This document shows, in pieces, positions 1 to 12,000 of a stretch of 64,000 nucleotides of DNA. How positions within the stretch are numbered: position 1 is the first letter of the stretch; the number at the start of each line of letters is the position of its first letter. The DNA comes from Rhizaria sp. SCN 62-66 (lineage: Eukaryota). Position numbers and translations under genes: made by a program. The DNA lies in the NCBI GenBank assembly GCA_001724265.1, contig MEDY01000002.1:62001-126000 (forward strand). Reading direction: 5' to 3'. Below the pieces are notes generated by a model. The model was not told the DNA's origin, ran no database searches, and was given only the letters and a program-made list of their open reading frames with translations.

Positions 1-2
1 GC

Positions 3-3000
3 ACAGTCTCTGCTTTATCTAGCTCCAGCTGTGGCGTTAACGCTCACGCTACTCAGCCTTGTGTTTCAACTGGCTCAGGTTCTAGCTCGAGTGCGAATGC
101 TCAAAGTGGTGGTCAGCTGTGCGATGACTACTGGGACTTTGACGGGCTCTGGGCTCGTGATCACATCAAGGCTGGTCTAAGTACTCTCACCTTCACGTCT
201 AACAGCAACAGCACAGTCGTTGCAGATGCTAAGTCCAAGGACAAATATAAGCTTTCTCCCGTCTCAGAGGCTGAGGCGGCCGTTGTATTCGCTGCCAGCG
301 GCGGCGCCAACACCATCATCCCTTTCCTCTCGCCCACCAGTGGCAGCGCCTGCGCCAACACTGGCAATAGTTCAGGCGGCGAGAAACGCGTGTTGTACCG
401 ACTCATCACAGTCGTTGTAGACCTGACCACGCTGCAGCCGTTGCGTGAGCTGTCTTTCTTGCCGCACTTGCTCTCGCCGTTGCAGCACCGTATCGTCGTC
501 CACTTACCGGAGGGTGCTTTTACGATCCCCTTGCCTAACCTACTTACATCCATCGAGTGCGAGCACAACAGCAGCAGTATCGCCGCTCTAAGTAGCCCCT
601 TAGATAGCAACAGCCACAGCGACTCATCACTCGTCCCCGCGTCTAACGATTCGCATGTAAGTACCACGCTTGCACTCCTGCCCTTGGCCGCTGCCATGGC
701 CACCCTGAACACCAATTCCTCTTCCGTAGACTCGACATCAGCACAACAGAAACAGCAGCAGCAGATGTTGCTCTCACCTCTGTCAGTTGCACTCGGCCTC
801 GCCCTGTCGCCCCATTACCGCACCACCGCTTCCGCAGCCGCCTCAGCCTCCGCCGGCGCTGGCGCCTCAGGCTCAGGCCCAGCCTCGGCCGCCGCCGGCG
901 CCGGCACGGGCTCCGGGAGCGTGCTGGCCCTATCCGCCGCCGCCGCGGCCGCCGCGGCCGCCGCGACTGCCGCGACGACGGCGGACACGGCCTTCGCGTC
1001 CTTCTTCCCCCTGCTGCCGCCTGGTGGCACCGCGGCCCCCGTCTCCGTCGCAGCGATGCTGCGCCCCAGCTCCGCGGGCGCGGTCTTCACAGAGCCCCCC
1101 GTGGTGCTCGTGCCGCTGCCGCGCGCGCTCTCGTATGTTAAGCCGCCCGCCATGGCGGTAGCGACGCTAGCGGACCCGGAGGTACTGACCACCGCGCCAT
1201 ACTCGACCGGTGCAAGTGCCGCGGTCAGTAGCGAAGTAAGTACCTCCTTAGTCACGGTCGACAACATCCGTCTCCAACTGCACACCAACAGCAATGCCTC
1301 TGGGGATATCAACGACACAACTGCTACAGCTGCGGCGGCTACGACTGCGCCTGTCGAGCACGGGACTGTCGTGCTTCTGGTTGAGCCCGCCGCCACTGCG
1401 GCGCTGACATCCCCCGCCGCGCTGGCCGCGCCGGTTCTCGTCAGCACGAGTCTGGGCGTCGTCGCTATCCAGCCCCCGCCGCCCGTGACCAACGGCGACG
1501 GGGATTCGCCGTTCTCGCCCTCGCCCGCGCAGAACGCCGACTCCGTGATCGCGAACCCGGATAACACCACCGCGGTGACCCTGCCCGGTGCACCGAGCGC
1601 GGCCAGCGGCAGCGCCAATGCGGCGGTGTGTGCTGGGCGGATGGCAGCGGCGCGCGCGGCGGCTGCGGCGGCGGAGGCTGTCGCTGCCATTGCCACCACC
1701 GGCGGCGCCTCCCCGGGCTGTGACATCTCTTCTTCAGGCAGTCCGAGCAATGCCTATGGCGCTGCGGCTGTCGGGGCTGACGACGCGAGTGAGATGCACA
1801 GTGAGCAGAAGCATCAGCTGCTGGCGAGCGTCGTCCCCTTCGTGCCGGCCGTCGGCCTGGTCGTCGCAAACGTCACCGCGTCGTCGGCGTCATTGCTAGC
1901 GGCAGCTCACCACACCGCGACCCACAGCAACTTCACCTCGAGCAACCTTGGCACTGGCGCTGGCGCTGGCTCAGTGTTTGGGACCAACCCTGGCTCTAAC
2001 AGCAATGCTACTAGCGTCACTGGGACAATGTCAGGGACCAACGCGACTTATCTTAAGTCAGTCCCGGGAACCCCCCAACAGCAACAGCAGCAACAGCAGC
2101 AACCTCAGACTCTCGATGAATTTGTTTCCTCCCCGGTGGCCGGCTTAACTTCCCCCCAAGGCGGCTTGACTTCATCCGCGTTCACCACTCTGACTGCAAC
2201 TACATTAAGCTCCGCAAGTTCTTTTAACAATACCAACAGCAATAGCAACGGCAGCGGCAGCGGCAGTAGCACAAATGGCTCCTACACCGCAGTCGCCGGC
2301 CGGCCCCCGCTGCCTCCTTCTGCTTTCGGCTCCTGTCCCGGCTCTAACGCCATTATCTCTGGCAACAGCAGCTCCTCCGCCACAGCCGCCCCTGCGAATG
2401 TGACTGCCAGTGCGAACGCTAATCCTGTGGCGTTTTCGACCCTGCGCAGCGCGGGTTACTCCCGCACGGTGCGCGGTATCCTCCCGCCGACGCCCACGAA
2501 GGACGCGTCCAGCGCGATCGTCCAGCGGCTGTCCACACTGGACCAAAGTCAGGCCGCGGCCGCACTCGCTCTGCACAACAGCACGCTGAGCAACAACAGC
2601 AATACCAGCGCCAACTCGTCCGCTGCGACGAGCTCTACTGCTGTAGAGCCGACAAAGCCAGGTTTACAGGACTTGGTTGTGACTAGCGGCGGCCCTAACA
2701 CTCCGTTTGCGACTCTAAGTACGCCGCTGTCCAGTCTAAGTACCCCGCGGCCCACGGTCACTTCGCCGACTCCCGTCACGCCGACCAACGTTACTAGCCC
2801 GAACCCTGCGAACCCGAGCTTTAACACTGCGACTAGCTCAAACAGCTCTACGAACGCTTTGCTTGCATTCACGCCAGGTTCCCCTGTTCCTAACAACTAC
2901 TACAATACTGGGAATGCCAACAACAACAACAACAACAGCAACATGATCGCGAGCTCAACTGGCTCTAGCAACTATATCGGCTCTGGAGCCAGTGGCCCTC

Positions 3001-4853
3001 ATGCTTCTGGGTCGAGTGCGCTGTCACCAGCGGCGCCGCCGCCGCGCACGCTGCCGACCGCGGCCGCGTGCGTCAGCGCCGACGCCCGGTGGTCCACCTT
3101 TGCCGTCACGGACTTGCCGTCGCTGCTGACTCACACGACGTCGCTGGTCCACCTGCGGTCGCTGCTCCATGAGCTGGGGTCGATGTACGACGCCACGGCC
3201 GACGACGCCGACGCGTGTTTGCTTGCACTGCACAACAAACGCCGTGTTAGTGGCGGCGCAACGCAGAATAAGAGTATCGCGCTCAGTAGTAGTGTCACTT
3301 CTGCTGGTGCAAGTGCCGCCGGAAAGAGTCTTCTAAGTGCCACGTGTTCCTCGCACTTACTCACCCCGCTGACGCTCACTCAGACTACGACAGCCTCAGG
3401 CACTTGTGCGAAGACCCTTAGTCTCTTCAGCCCTCCCAAGCCGACGCCGGTCACTCCCTCTGCTGACCCAGAGTCTACCTCTGGCTCCGGCTCTGGCTCT
3501 GGCTCTACGACTGCGGCTACAACCGTGACTGCTCTGGTGTCCCCCTCGCTGGCGGCCCGCGCCGCCCGCGTCCGCGCCGCCTCGGCCCTCCTGGCCCAGC
3601 AGCGCGCTGAGGTCGCCCGCGCGCGCTGCCGCGTCCACCGCCGCCGCGCCGCCGCCGCCGCGACGCTGACCGCTCTGGCCGACGCCGCCGACGCCGCCGC
3701 CGCAACCACAAACAGCTTCTGCGCGCTGGCGCCGCCGCTGCTCGACATCCTCAGCGCGTCTGCGCTGGCTGTGAGCCTGCAGGTGAGGCACCAGCAGCAG
3801 CTGCTGGTGACTGCGCTGGCCCGGGCTCTGCCCGTGACGTGTGCGCCGATCCCGGACGACGTGCAGAAGGTGATCGCGACGGCCGAGCTGCGCGGGAAAG
3901 GGCGCACGGCGCAACAGCGGCTGCAGCAGCAGCGGCTGATCGAGGAGCACACGCTGGCCGCGGGCCGGCAGGTCTGGTCGCTGCGCGGGCTGCCTGTGCT
4001 GGCATCGCGGCTGTTCGTGCGCAACGCGGAGCCGCAGATGCTCGAGTCCCTGGCCGTCGTCATCGGCTACGTCACGCAGCTCGTGATCCTGTTTGCGCGC
4101 TACTGCGCCGTGCCGCTGCGGTACCGGCTCGTGTACCGCGGCTCGCGCTCCCTGGTGTTCGACGACGTGGTCGCGCACGGACAGCTGCAGTCTCAGCAGC
4201 AGCAACAGCAGCAGCAGACGCAGCAGCAGCAGCAGATGCAGGCGCAGCAGCAGCAGCAGATGGCGTTGCTGCAGCAACAGCAGTTGCAGCTGCAGCAGCA
4301 GGTGGTGTTGCTCCAGCAGCAGCTCCAGCAGCAGCAGGGTCAGCCGCAGACCGCCGCGACGGCCGCCGCAAGCGCTGGTCTGCAGGCGCAGCTGCAGCAG
4401 TTGCAGCTCCAGCAGCAGCAACAACAGCAGATGCAGTTGCAGCTTCAGCAGCAACAGCAGGCTCTGCGGCAACAACAGCAGCAACAACAACAGCAGCAGC
4501 AACAGCAGCAACAGCACGGGTATCCGCTGTTCATGGCTACCACAGGTAACTCCAGTGACAATGAACACCGTTTCTTCAACGGCATTAACTTGCTCAACAA
4601 GAACATCGAACTGCTGTGCGAGACCCGCTTTGCCACTGCGACGGCGATCCCCTCCGCCACCTCAGTCGTCGCTGGCGCCGCGGGCGCCAAGGCTGCTGCT
4701 GCCGGCGCTGCGGCAGCGGCAGGTGCAACTGCGACTGCCAGCGCTGTTGAGGCGAAGAGCAGCGGAGGCGGAGGCAAGAAGCCAGAGGTCAAGCCGGGAC
4801 GGATGCTGGAGAATCTGCATACGCTGCTTACGTTCGAGGTGCCCGCGCAGTAA
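3..4853 (+). CDS. UVRAG: UVRAG/Vps38-like subunit of class III PI3K complex II (5'-truncated, expanded by low-complexity inserts)
   Basis: Frame is open from position 3 to TAA at 4851-4853. C-terminal motifs AVVIGYVTQLVILFARYCAVPLRYRLVYRGSRSLVFD, YPLF, RFFNGINLLNKNIELL and MLENLHTLL match the UVRAG/Vps38 C-terminal (BARA2) pattern (GYxxHLV...VPLRYP...GSRS...FPLY...GVYLLNKNIAQL...TLPNL). Coiled-coil-like segments precede it. VDLTTLQPL...RIVVHLPEGAF near 410-520 resembles the end of the UVRAG C2 domain. Confidence 0.8.
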   Translation, partial: TVSALSSSSCGVNAHATQPCVSTGSGSSSSANAQSGGQLCDDYWDFDGLWARDHIKAGLSTLTFTSNSNSTVVADAKSKDKYKLSPVSEAEAAVVFAASGGANTIIPFLSPTSGSACANTGNSSGGEKRVLYRLITVVVDLTTLQPLRELSFLPHLLSPLQHRIVVHLPEGAFTIPLPNLLTSIECEHNSSSIAALSSPLDSNSHSDSSLVPASNDSHVSTTLALLPLAAAMATLNTNSSSVDSTSAQQKQQQQMLLSPLSVALGLALSPHYRTTASAAASASAGAGASGSGPASAAAGAGTGSGSVLALSAAAAAAAAAATAATTADTAFASFFPLLPPGGTAAPVSVAAMLRPSSAGAVFTEPPVVLVPLPRALSYVKPPAMAVATLADPEVLTTAPYSTGASAAVSSEVSTSLVTVDNIRLQLHTNSNASGDINDTTATAAAATTAPVEHGTVVLLVEPAATAALTSPAALAAPVLVSTSLGVVAIQPPPPVTNGDGDSPFSPSPAQNADSVIANPDNTTAVTLPGAPSAASGSANAAVCAGRMAAARAAAAAAEAVAAIATTGGASPGCDISSSGSPSNAYGAAAVGADDASEMHSEQKHQLLASVVPFVPAVGLVVANVTASSASLLAAAHHTATHSNFTSSNLGTGAGAGSVFGTNPGSNSNATSVTGTMSGTNATYLKSVPGTPQQQQQQQQQPQTLDEFVSSPVAGLTSPQGGLTSSAFTTLTATTLSSASSFNNTNSNSNGSGSGSSTNGSYTAVAGRPPLPPSAFGSCPGSNAIISGNSSSSATAAPANVTASANANPVAFSTLRSAGYSRTVRGILPPTPTKDASSAIVQRLSTLDQSQAAAALALHNSTLSNNSNTSANSSAATSSTAVEPTKPGLQDLVVTSGGPNTPFATLSTPLSSLSTPRPTVTSPTPVTPTNVTSPNPANPSFNTATSSNSSTNALLAFTPGSPVPNNYYNTGNANNNNNNSNMIASSTGSSNYIGSGASGPHASGSSALSPAAPPPRTLPTAAACVSADARWSTFAVTDLPSLLTHTTSLVHLRSLLHELGSMYDATADDADACLLALHNKRRVSGGATQNKSIALSSSVTSAGASAAGKSLLSATCSSHLLTPLTLTQTTTASGTCAKTLSLFSPPKPTPVTPSADPESTSGSGSGSGSTTAATTVTALVSPSLAARAARVRAASALLAQQRAEVARARCRVHRRRAAAAATLTALADAADAAAATTNSFCALAPPLLDILSASALAVSLQVRHQQQLLVTALARALPVTCAPIPDDVQKVIATAELRGKGRTAQQRLQQQRLIEEHTLAAGRQVWSLRGLPVLASRLFVRNAEPQMLESLAVVIGYVTQLVILFARYCAVPLRYRLVYRGSRSLVFDDVVAHGQLQSQQQQQQQQTQQQQQMQAQQQQQMALLQQQQLQLQQQVVLLQQQLQQQQGQPQTAATAAASAGLQAQLQQLQLQQQQQQQMQLQLQQQQQALRQQQQQQQQQQQQQQQHGYPLFMATTGNSSDNEHRFFNGINLLNKNIELLCETRFATATAIPSATSVVAGAAGAKAAAAGAAAAAGATATASAVEAKSSGGGGKKPEVKPGRMLENLHTLLTFEVPAQ
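4182..4514 (+). repeat. CAG/CAA-rich polyglutamine (Q/L) tract inserted within the UVRAG C-terminal domain
   Basis: About 110 codons dominated by CAG/CAA, lying between GSRSLVFD and YPLF. Confidence 0.9.
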
Positions 4854-5694
4854 ATTTACTCATTTAAAATGTTATATTAGTTCTTTGTATACCGATTTAC
4901 TGTTCTTTTTAACTGTTTGCGCCCCTGCTCGCGCGCTTAGCGTGGCAATGGGCTGCTCAACTCACGCTTCGACTGAGCTGTCCGTCGCGGCGAAGGCTTC
5001 AGTCTACGCATACAAATACATCATATTGTTCCAAACATCCAATCATTGCACTTTTACGTTGACTTAACTTGGGTTACTGCGTGTTTTGATTGCACTTGTT
5101 GTTCGCAAACGTGCCTTTGCAAGAGGTAAGCTGGGCTGGCGGGTTCTGCTTGGCTACCACGGGGGTCACTATGCTGGAAACCCACTTTAACAAACATTAG
5201 TAAAAGCATAATTTTATTGAAATACATAGAATCAGTATTACATTAAGATAACCGAGTATCATCCCCACTGACGATTCGTACATGGAGATATGCCTTGCTG
5301 AAGCGAGCCGGAGCTGGCATTCGTGGCTGCTCCGCGCCTGAGTAGGGCACGTTTCCGAGTCGCCCATTTGAATATTCAACAGCACTACTGATACCGTATA
5401 TAACGGCATGGACTCTTGAAAGCAAAACTTCTATTAAACACATCCGCGACCTCTAAATTACTTTGCTTGCACATTTGATCCTGTCTGCGCATTACATGTT
5501 TCTCTTTTGATGCTCTGGCCCTGACCGTGGCGCCTTCATCTCTCCTCTCTGTCATACGATCCCTCATCAAGCCACTTGCCTCCGTACCATTCTAACCGAA
5601 CTTTTCGATTCTTGATTTGCACTATCTTTGCAGTCACACCCTTTTTATTTCTTTGGAGAGCGCATATCCGTCTCAAAGCGCGCGCTCCCCGGCC

Positions 5695-7850
5695 ATGGAT
5701 CCTGCCGCGCCGCCGCCGCCGCCGCAGCTGCACCCGCAGCCCGCCGCGGCCCGCCGTCGCGGTCTCTCCTCCTCAGACGCGTACCCACCGACGCACCACG
5801 CTGCCTCACACGGCCCCGTGGTTTCCGCGGACGATTCAGCGCTCCTGGCGGCGATGCCGGCACGCGCCCTGCTTTGGGGCCCTCCTGGGGCTCCGCTGGC
5901 GCCGCCGCCGCCGCCGCTGCCGCCGGCGGGCCCCGCTGCCGCCCCAGCCTCCGCCGCCACCACAGCCGCCGCGCCCGGCGCCCCGCAAGGCGCGTACGGC
6001 CCCCCCGCGCCTGCCGCCAACGCTGGCAGCAGCAACAACAGCGGCGGCGGCAGCAGCGGCGGTGGCGGGATCAGTCGGCCTCAGCTGTCGCCGCACTACG
6101 CCGCAGCGACTGCCACGGACTCGGCCTCGACCCCCGCCCACCCTCATAGTAGAAGCAGCATGAGCTCCAACGGTAGCGGTGGCGGCGGTGCCGGTGTCGG
6201 TACCGGTGGTGCCCACGGTCAGTACGCGCCGCTCACGGTCACGGTCACAGGTGCCGACCGGTACCACAATCACCCCAACAACAACAGCGGCAATGCCCAC
6301 GGTGGTAGCTACATGACGACTAACGGCGGCTACCAACAGCCGCAACAGCCGCAACAGCAACAGCAACAGACGCAGCATTTGTCTCCGCAGCACCACTACA
6401 ACCAGCTCCAGCAGCAGCAGCTGCTGCTGTTGGCCCGGGCGGGCAGCACCAGCAGCAGTGGCCTCAGCACGCACACCACAAATAACAACAACAACAACAA
6501 CGGCAACAACAATGGTGGTTCTAACGTCAACGCAGCAGGCGGCAGCAGCGCGAACAACCTCAGCACGAGTAGCACGAGCTACAATGCCTACGGCCCCGTC
6601 GCGGTCACTGCGAGCGCTGCCATCGGCGTCGCCCGCGGCAGCAACAGCAACAGCATCAGCAACAGCAACAGCAACTTCAACCCCAATGCCCGCTACAGTG
6701 TCGCAAACAGCACTAATAGCCGCAGCAGCACGAGCACCAAGTCGAGCATCAGCACCGCCATCGGGGGCGGCTTAACTAACAGCACGGGTGCCCTCGGAGG
6801 TGGTGGCGGCTTGACTAATGGCATGGGTGCTGCCGCTGGTGGCGTTGCGCCGCTGCCGCTGCCAATGCCGTACGTGTCGGGCATGCCTCCATCGCCCGCT
6901 CTGCCTCTGTCACACTCGCAACAACCACAGCAACAGCAACAGCAGATGCAGCAGCATGGTCATTTGCCGTTGCCTATGGGCGTTGTTAATAGTAATTTAG
7001 GATCGTTGTCACCGATTATCGACACTCGTCCTTATAATAATAACAATTACACCATGAACAATAGCAATAATACGAACAACAATATAAGGGACTTCCCGCC
7101 TCCGCCGTCACCCTTACACGGCGGGGCTAGCACACCCTTACACGTGCCTTTACACGTCCCCGGCACGCCCCTACACGGCGGCCTAAATACCCCCTTACAC
7201 GGGACGCCGTTACACGGTGCCGCCAGCAGCCCCTTACACGGAGGCCACATTGGGACCCCCTTAAACGGCACCCCCTTACCCTTGGGGGCACTTACACCCC
7301 GCACTCTTACAGCTACAAACTCGTTCACAAACAACAACATGAACAACAACATTAACAATATCACCGGCGCTGGGACCAACATGACGAGCCCTAGCTACGG
7401 TGCCGCTGCCAGTGCCAGCGCCAGCGCCAGCGCCGCCGGCGTCAGCGGTAGCGGCAGCGTTGGCCTGATCGGATTCGCTTTGGGAACCCCGCAGAGTCGG
7501 GCTCGGTCGCGCGTGCTGCCCCAACCGTACGCTCCCTACAACAGCTCTAACAACAACAATACCAATGCTAATTACAATACCAATAGCCTCGGTATGGGCA
7601 ACAGCGGCAACTACAGCAATAATCCACTCTTCGCCTTAAGCAACACCGGCAACTACGCCGATGCGAATGGGAACCAGTTCGACAACGGCGGCGCGAGCGG
7701 TATTGGCAGCCTCAACACAGTCTACAACGGCGGGGGCAGCAGCAACGACCACAGCGTCAGTGGCCGCGGCCGCGGCAGCGGCGACAGGGCCGTGCTCAAC
7801 AGCAGCGGCAATGCCAACATGAGTGCATTGTACCAACAACAACTGCAGCA

Positions 7851-7881
<31 letters not shown>

Positions 7882-8985
7882 AGGAGTGCGAGGTCGACGA
7901 GTCGACTCTCTGGCCCCGGCAGCAGCGCCGTCGGCGTGGGCTTCGACGCAGCCACTGCAGCCGGCGTCGGCGTCGGTGGCATGACTCTCAGGCCAAACCC
8001 CAACAGCAGCACCAGTCTAAACGGCAATACTGTTAACAACGGCAGACAATCCCCGTATCCGAGCGCCTCAGCCGCCCTGCTGGCCGCCATCCGGACCCCG
8101 AGCCGGTCGAGCAGCAACAACAACCGCGGCGCGAGCGGCATCGGGCTGACTGGCGGCTTGACTTTCGGCGATAGCGGCTTAAATTCCCCCGGCGACCCTT
8201 CGGGCTCACCGGTGCAGACGCGTGCGCTGCTCAACAACACTGCCTCCGCCTCTACTGCTAACAACAACAACAACAACAACGCTGCTAGTTCGAGTTACAA
8301 CAACAGCAGCAACGTTTACGGTGGCATCAGCTCAGGAGCCTCCCCTGCGTTGGCGTTGAGCACGCATATGCGGGCCGTTTCTGACTTGAATAAAGAGTTC
8401 AGGACACTCGCGCTCGCCTGGCGCCGGGCCCCCTCTCAGCCCACCACAAACGCCAACGGCAACAACAACAACAATGCTGGCAACGCCACCCCGCCGGCTC
8501 CCGGGGTGACTGTGGGCACCGCGGGTCCCGATGGTTCGAATGCAAGCCGCCCCTTGACGTCAGTGGCGGCGCAGGCAGCCGCTATTGCGAACACGCTCTT
8601 TGCTGCCCGCTTCAATTCCCAGAACAACAATGCGAACATCGTGACCCTTGTGAACGGTGTGCAAACTACGACGAACAACGGCTTCGGCATCGTCGGCATC
8701 CACCACAACTTCCCCTCCACCGGCGCTGTCGTTGGAAACGCGATCATTCCCCCTACAGCCTTTGCCGCCGCTGCCCGCGCCGCCGCCGCTGCCGCCGCCG
8801 CCACTGCCAGTAACAACAACAACGGCGGGAGTGCCCCCATGGGCGCCGGCATGGGTGCCTCAGGTGTTACCGCGACAAGGAGTGGCAGCACATTCGTAAA
8901 TCGGGCGCCGGCGAGGGCCCACAGGCGCCGCGCAATGCACGCCTTGACGCCCCTCATCGCCAGCCGCATTGCGCAACAACAACAA

Positions 8986-9016
<31 letters not shown>

Positions 9017-12000
9017 AGCAGGCCCAGGCCCAGGCTCAACAGCAGCTGCCCACTGGCACCGGCTCTGGCTCCAATTTCGGCTTCGGCAATAACAACAGTT
9101 ATAGCGCCAGCGGCAACAACAGTGGCGTCGACTCGATCCGCAGCAACGCGGCCCGCCGTAGCAACACCAGTGACATGCAGGCTCGCCGCTCCGGCCCCTT
9201 CGCTGCCAGTGCGGGCGCCGCCGGAGTCAGCCTGACCAGCATGAGCGGCAGTGTCCGCGGCAGCGGTCGCAGTGCGGGGTCCGTGGCCGCGGTCACGTCG
9301 GAGGCGTCGCCCTATGTCGGGGCCACCCCGGCCCCGTCGTTGCCGCAGTCCCTCACGAACTCGTTCGGCCACGGCCAAACCGCCGGCCCAAACGCCGGTC
9401 AGAACAGCGGTCAAAACGGCGATCTCGCGCCGCAGCTGCAGGGCAGTTCCCCAGGACGACAGGGCGGACTGGCCGGATCCAGCGGCCCCCGCAGGCGCAG
9501 GCTGAACGCGGCGAGCATGTCGTCGACCTCGAGCAACGGCACCGCGACCAGTGCTGTCTCCGGCTCCGGCTCCGGCTCAGGCTCGGGGTCTGCGTTTGGC
9601 TTTGGCTCTAACGGCAACGGCGACGGGAGTAATCTCAATAGCAACAACCGCAAAAGTGCCGGCACGTTGTCGCCCGTCCGCGTGACCAAGGGCACCGCGA
9701 ATCTAAGTGTCCGGCTCAGTACCCGCGGCGACAGCGACGACGGCGACAACGAAGCCGACTACGATAACAAGAGGGTCGCCACTCCTAACAAGAGCACGCG
9801 CGGTGACCGTGGTGTGGCCACGGGAGCCACTGGTACCCATGTGGGGTCTCCCGGCAGTGCTGACACTGGCACGGGCACTGACGGCACGCCTCGTCCCGCT
9901 ATGATCAGTCCCAAGATGAACAGCAGCAATGACTCCGACGACGACGCCGAAGGTGGTGATGCCAGAGACTGCGAGGACGACTCGCACGGCGGCCTGACTC
10001 CGTCGCACGCTCGGCTCCGTAAGAGGACGAGTCCGCCCAACAAGACTAAGAGGATTATTCCCGCAACAGCAGCGGGCAAGAACAGCAGCAACACGACGTT
10101 TTCTGCGGTAGCGAGCGGCGTTTCAGACTCTGAGAATGAGATGACTCTGAGCAACTCGACCACAAAGCACCGCCATCGCCGGAACAACACCGACTCCGTT
10201 GCTCTGAATGACATGCTAGAAGAGGGTGGGGAGGAAGGCGACCAGCATAACAACCAGCACAATGCCCACGGCCACGATCAGGAGCCGGGGGTTGACCATG
10301 GCGAGTACTTGGACGGCGACTACTACTTAGACGAGGACGAGGACGAAGACTACGGCGAGTATTACGAAGGCGACGAGGAGACCGGCCATATCTACCCCAA
10401 TAGCAACAAAAACGGGGGTCCTCTCACCGCTGAGCAGCAGCAGCAACAGCAGACTGACGCTGAGGCTGCTACTGCCGCCGCCGCTGCCGCTGACGCTCCC
10501 AATGCGACCGCTGCCACGAACGCAGCTAACGCCGGCCCCGAGCACGTCGAGAACGAGCAGGACACCGCCGCCGCGGCCGCCGCGTTACACCGCGCCCCGG
10601 CGCCCGTGCTGAAGCCGCGCGTGCCCGCCGCCGTCACGGCGATGAAGTTCCTCGACCACCCCGCGACCTTGGTCTTCTCGCTCGTCGTGACGCTGTATGT
10701 GCTGTACGTGCCGCTGATCGTTGTGCTGACCACGACGGGCTCGCTTGATGTCTATTTCTCAGCGACACAGATGTTCTGCTGGGTCTGTTTCACGGTCGAG
10801 TTCGGTCTCCGTATGGCGTACGAGCCCGGCTACCGCACTAACTGGATCCGGTGGGCCGAAATGCTCGTTCTGGTCTCCACCTTCATCGTCGACATCCCGT
10901 GGCTGTGGTCCGAACTCATGAGTAACACGTCCGCGGGCGCGATGTTCTACCTCTCCCCCGACAGCACCGTCTACGACTACCTCTGGCCCGCGTGGATGCG
11001 ACTTACATTCTTCCTCCGCCAACTCCGCCTCTTGCGCCTGCTGCGCGTCGTCGACAACGTGGCCCGGTTCGCGCGTTACTTCGAGGAGCGTTCCCGCGCC
11101 CAGAAGCGCGCCGCAGATGCGCAGCAGCGCGCCGAGCGCCGCGCCGCGTACGCGCGCTTCCTGGAGATTGTCGCCGAGTACCGCGGCCAGCTCGCCGCAC
11201 ACCGCGCCGCGACCTCGAAGCGCCACGAGGAAGCAGCGATGGCGTACAACAACGCTCTGGCGGCGGCGGTGGCCGCGGGCGGGGTCCGTAACATGGGCAA
11301 CATGAACGGCGGCGGATTTGGCTTTGGCATGGGGCCCATGGGACCGAACGGGGTTTACGGCGACAGCTCGAACGTCGGCTGGGATCCCAACGGCTTCAAC
11401 GCTGCAGCTGGAGGCGGCTTAACTTCACCCGGTGCAATGTCTGCCTACTATGGTGGTGGTTCCTTTACGTCCCCGTTCAACCCCGCAATTCATCAGCAGT
11501 TCCCGCCCTCTATGAGCAATGTCAGCGCTGCGTCCACCGCCGGTTATGGCAACGCGAACGCCTATGCGACAGGCAACCCCTTCTACGGTGTCGGCGCCGG
11601 CCCCGGCAACAACATGCTGATGCTTGACCCGCTGATGCTGCAGCAGTTGGCGCAAGTGACCGCCGACCAGTACGGCGCGAGCGCTGAAGACCAGGAGTTC
11701 GTGTCGCATATCATGGCTGGCAACTCGCAGTTGTTCGACAACGAGACTGAGCTCATCCCAACTCACGCTAACTACCAGAAGCACCTCTTCATGCTGACTC
11801 TGATCCTGCAGGCCAACGGTGCCTTTGACTCCGCCCCTGCGATGCCAGTCAACAACTACCCCCCGTACGGCAATTACAACAACTACGGGGGCCCGCAGCA
11901 GCAGCAGCAGCAGGGCCAAGGCGTTGTGTCACCCACCGACGATGTGACCGTGAGCGGACACGCCGTTGGTCCCGGCGGCAACGACAGCAACAACACTAAC

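Noticed and set aside
7108-7310. CRISPR array or interstitial telomeric repeat
   Set aside because: Units are short, in-frame, degenerate peptide repeats without unique spacers, and they do not match TTAGGG-type telomere units. The context is eukaryotic with no cas genes.
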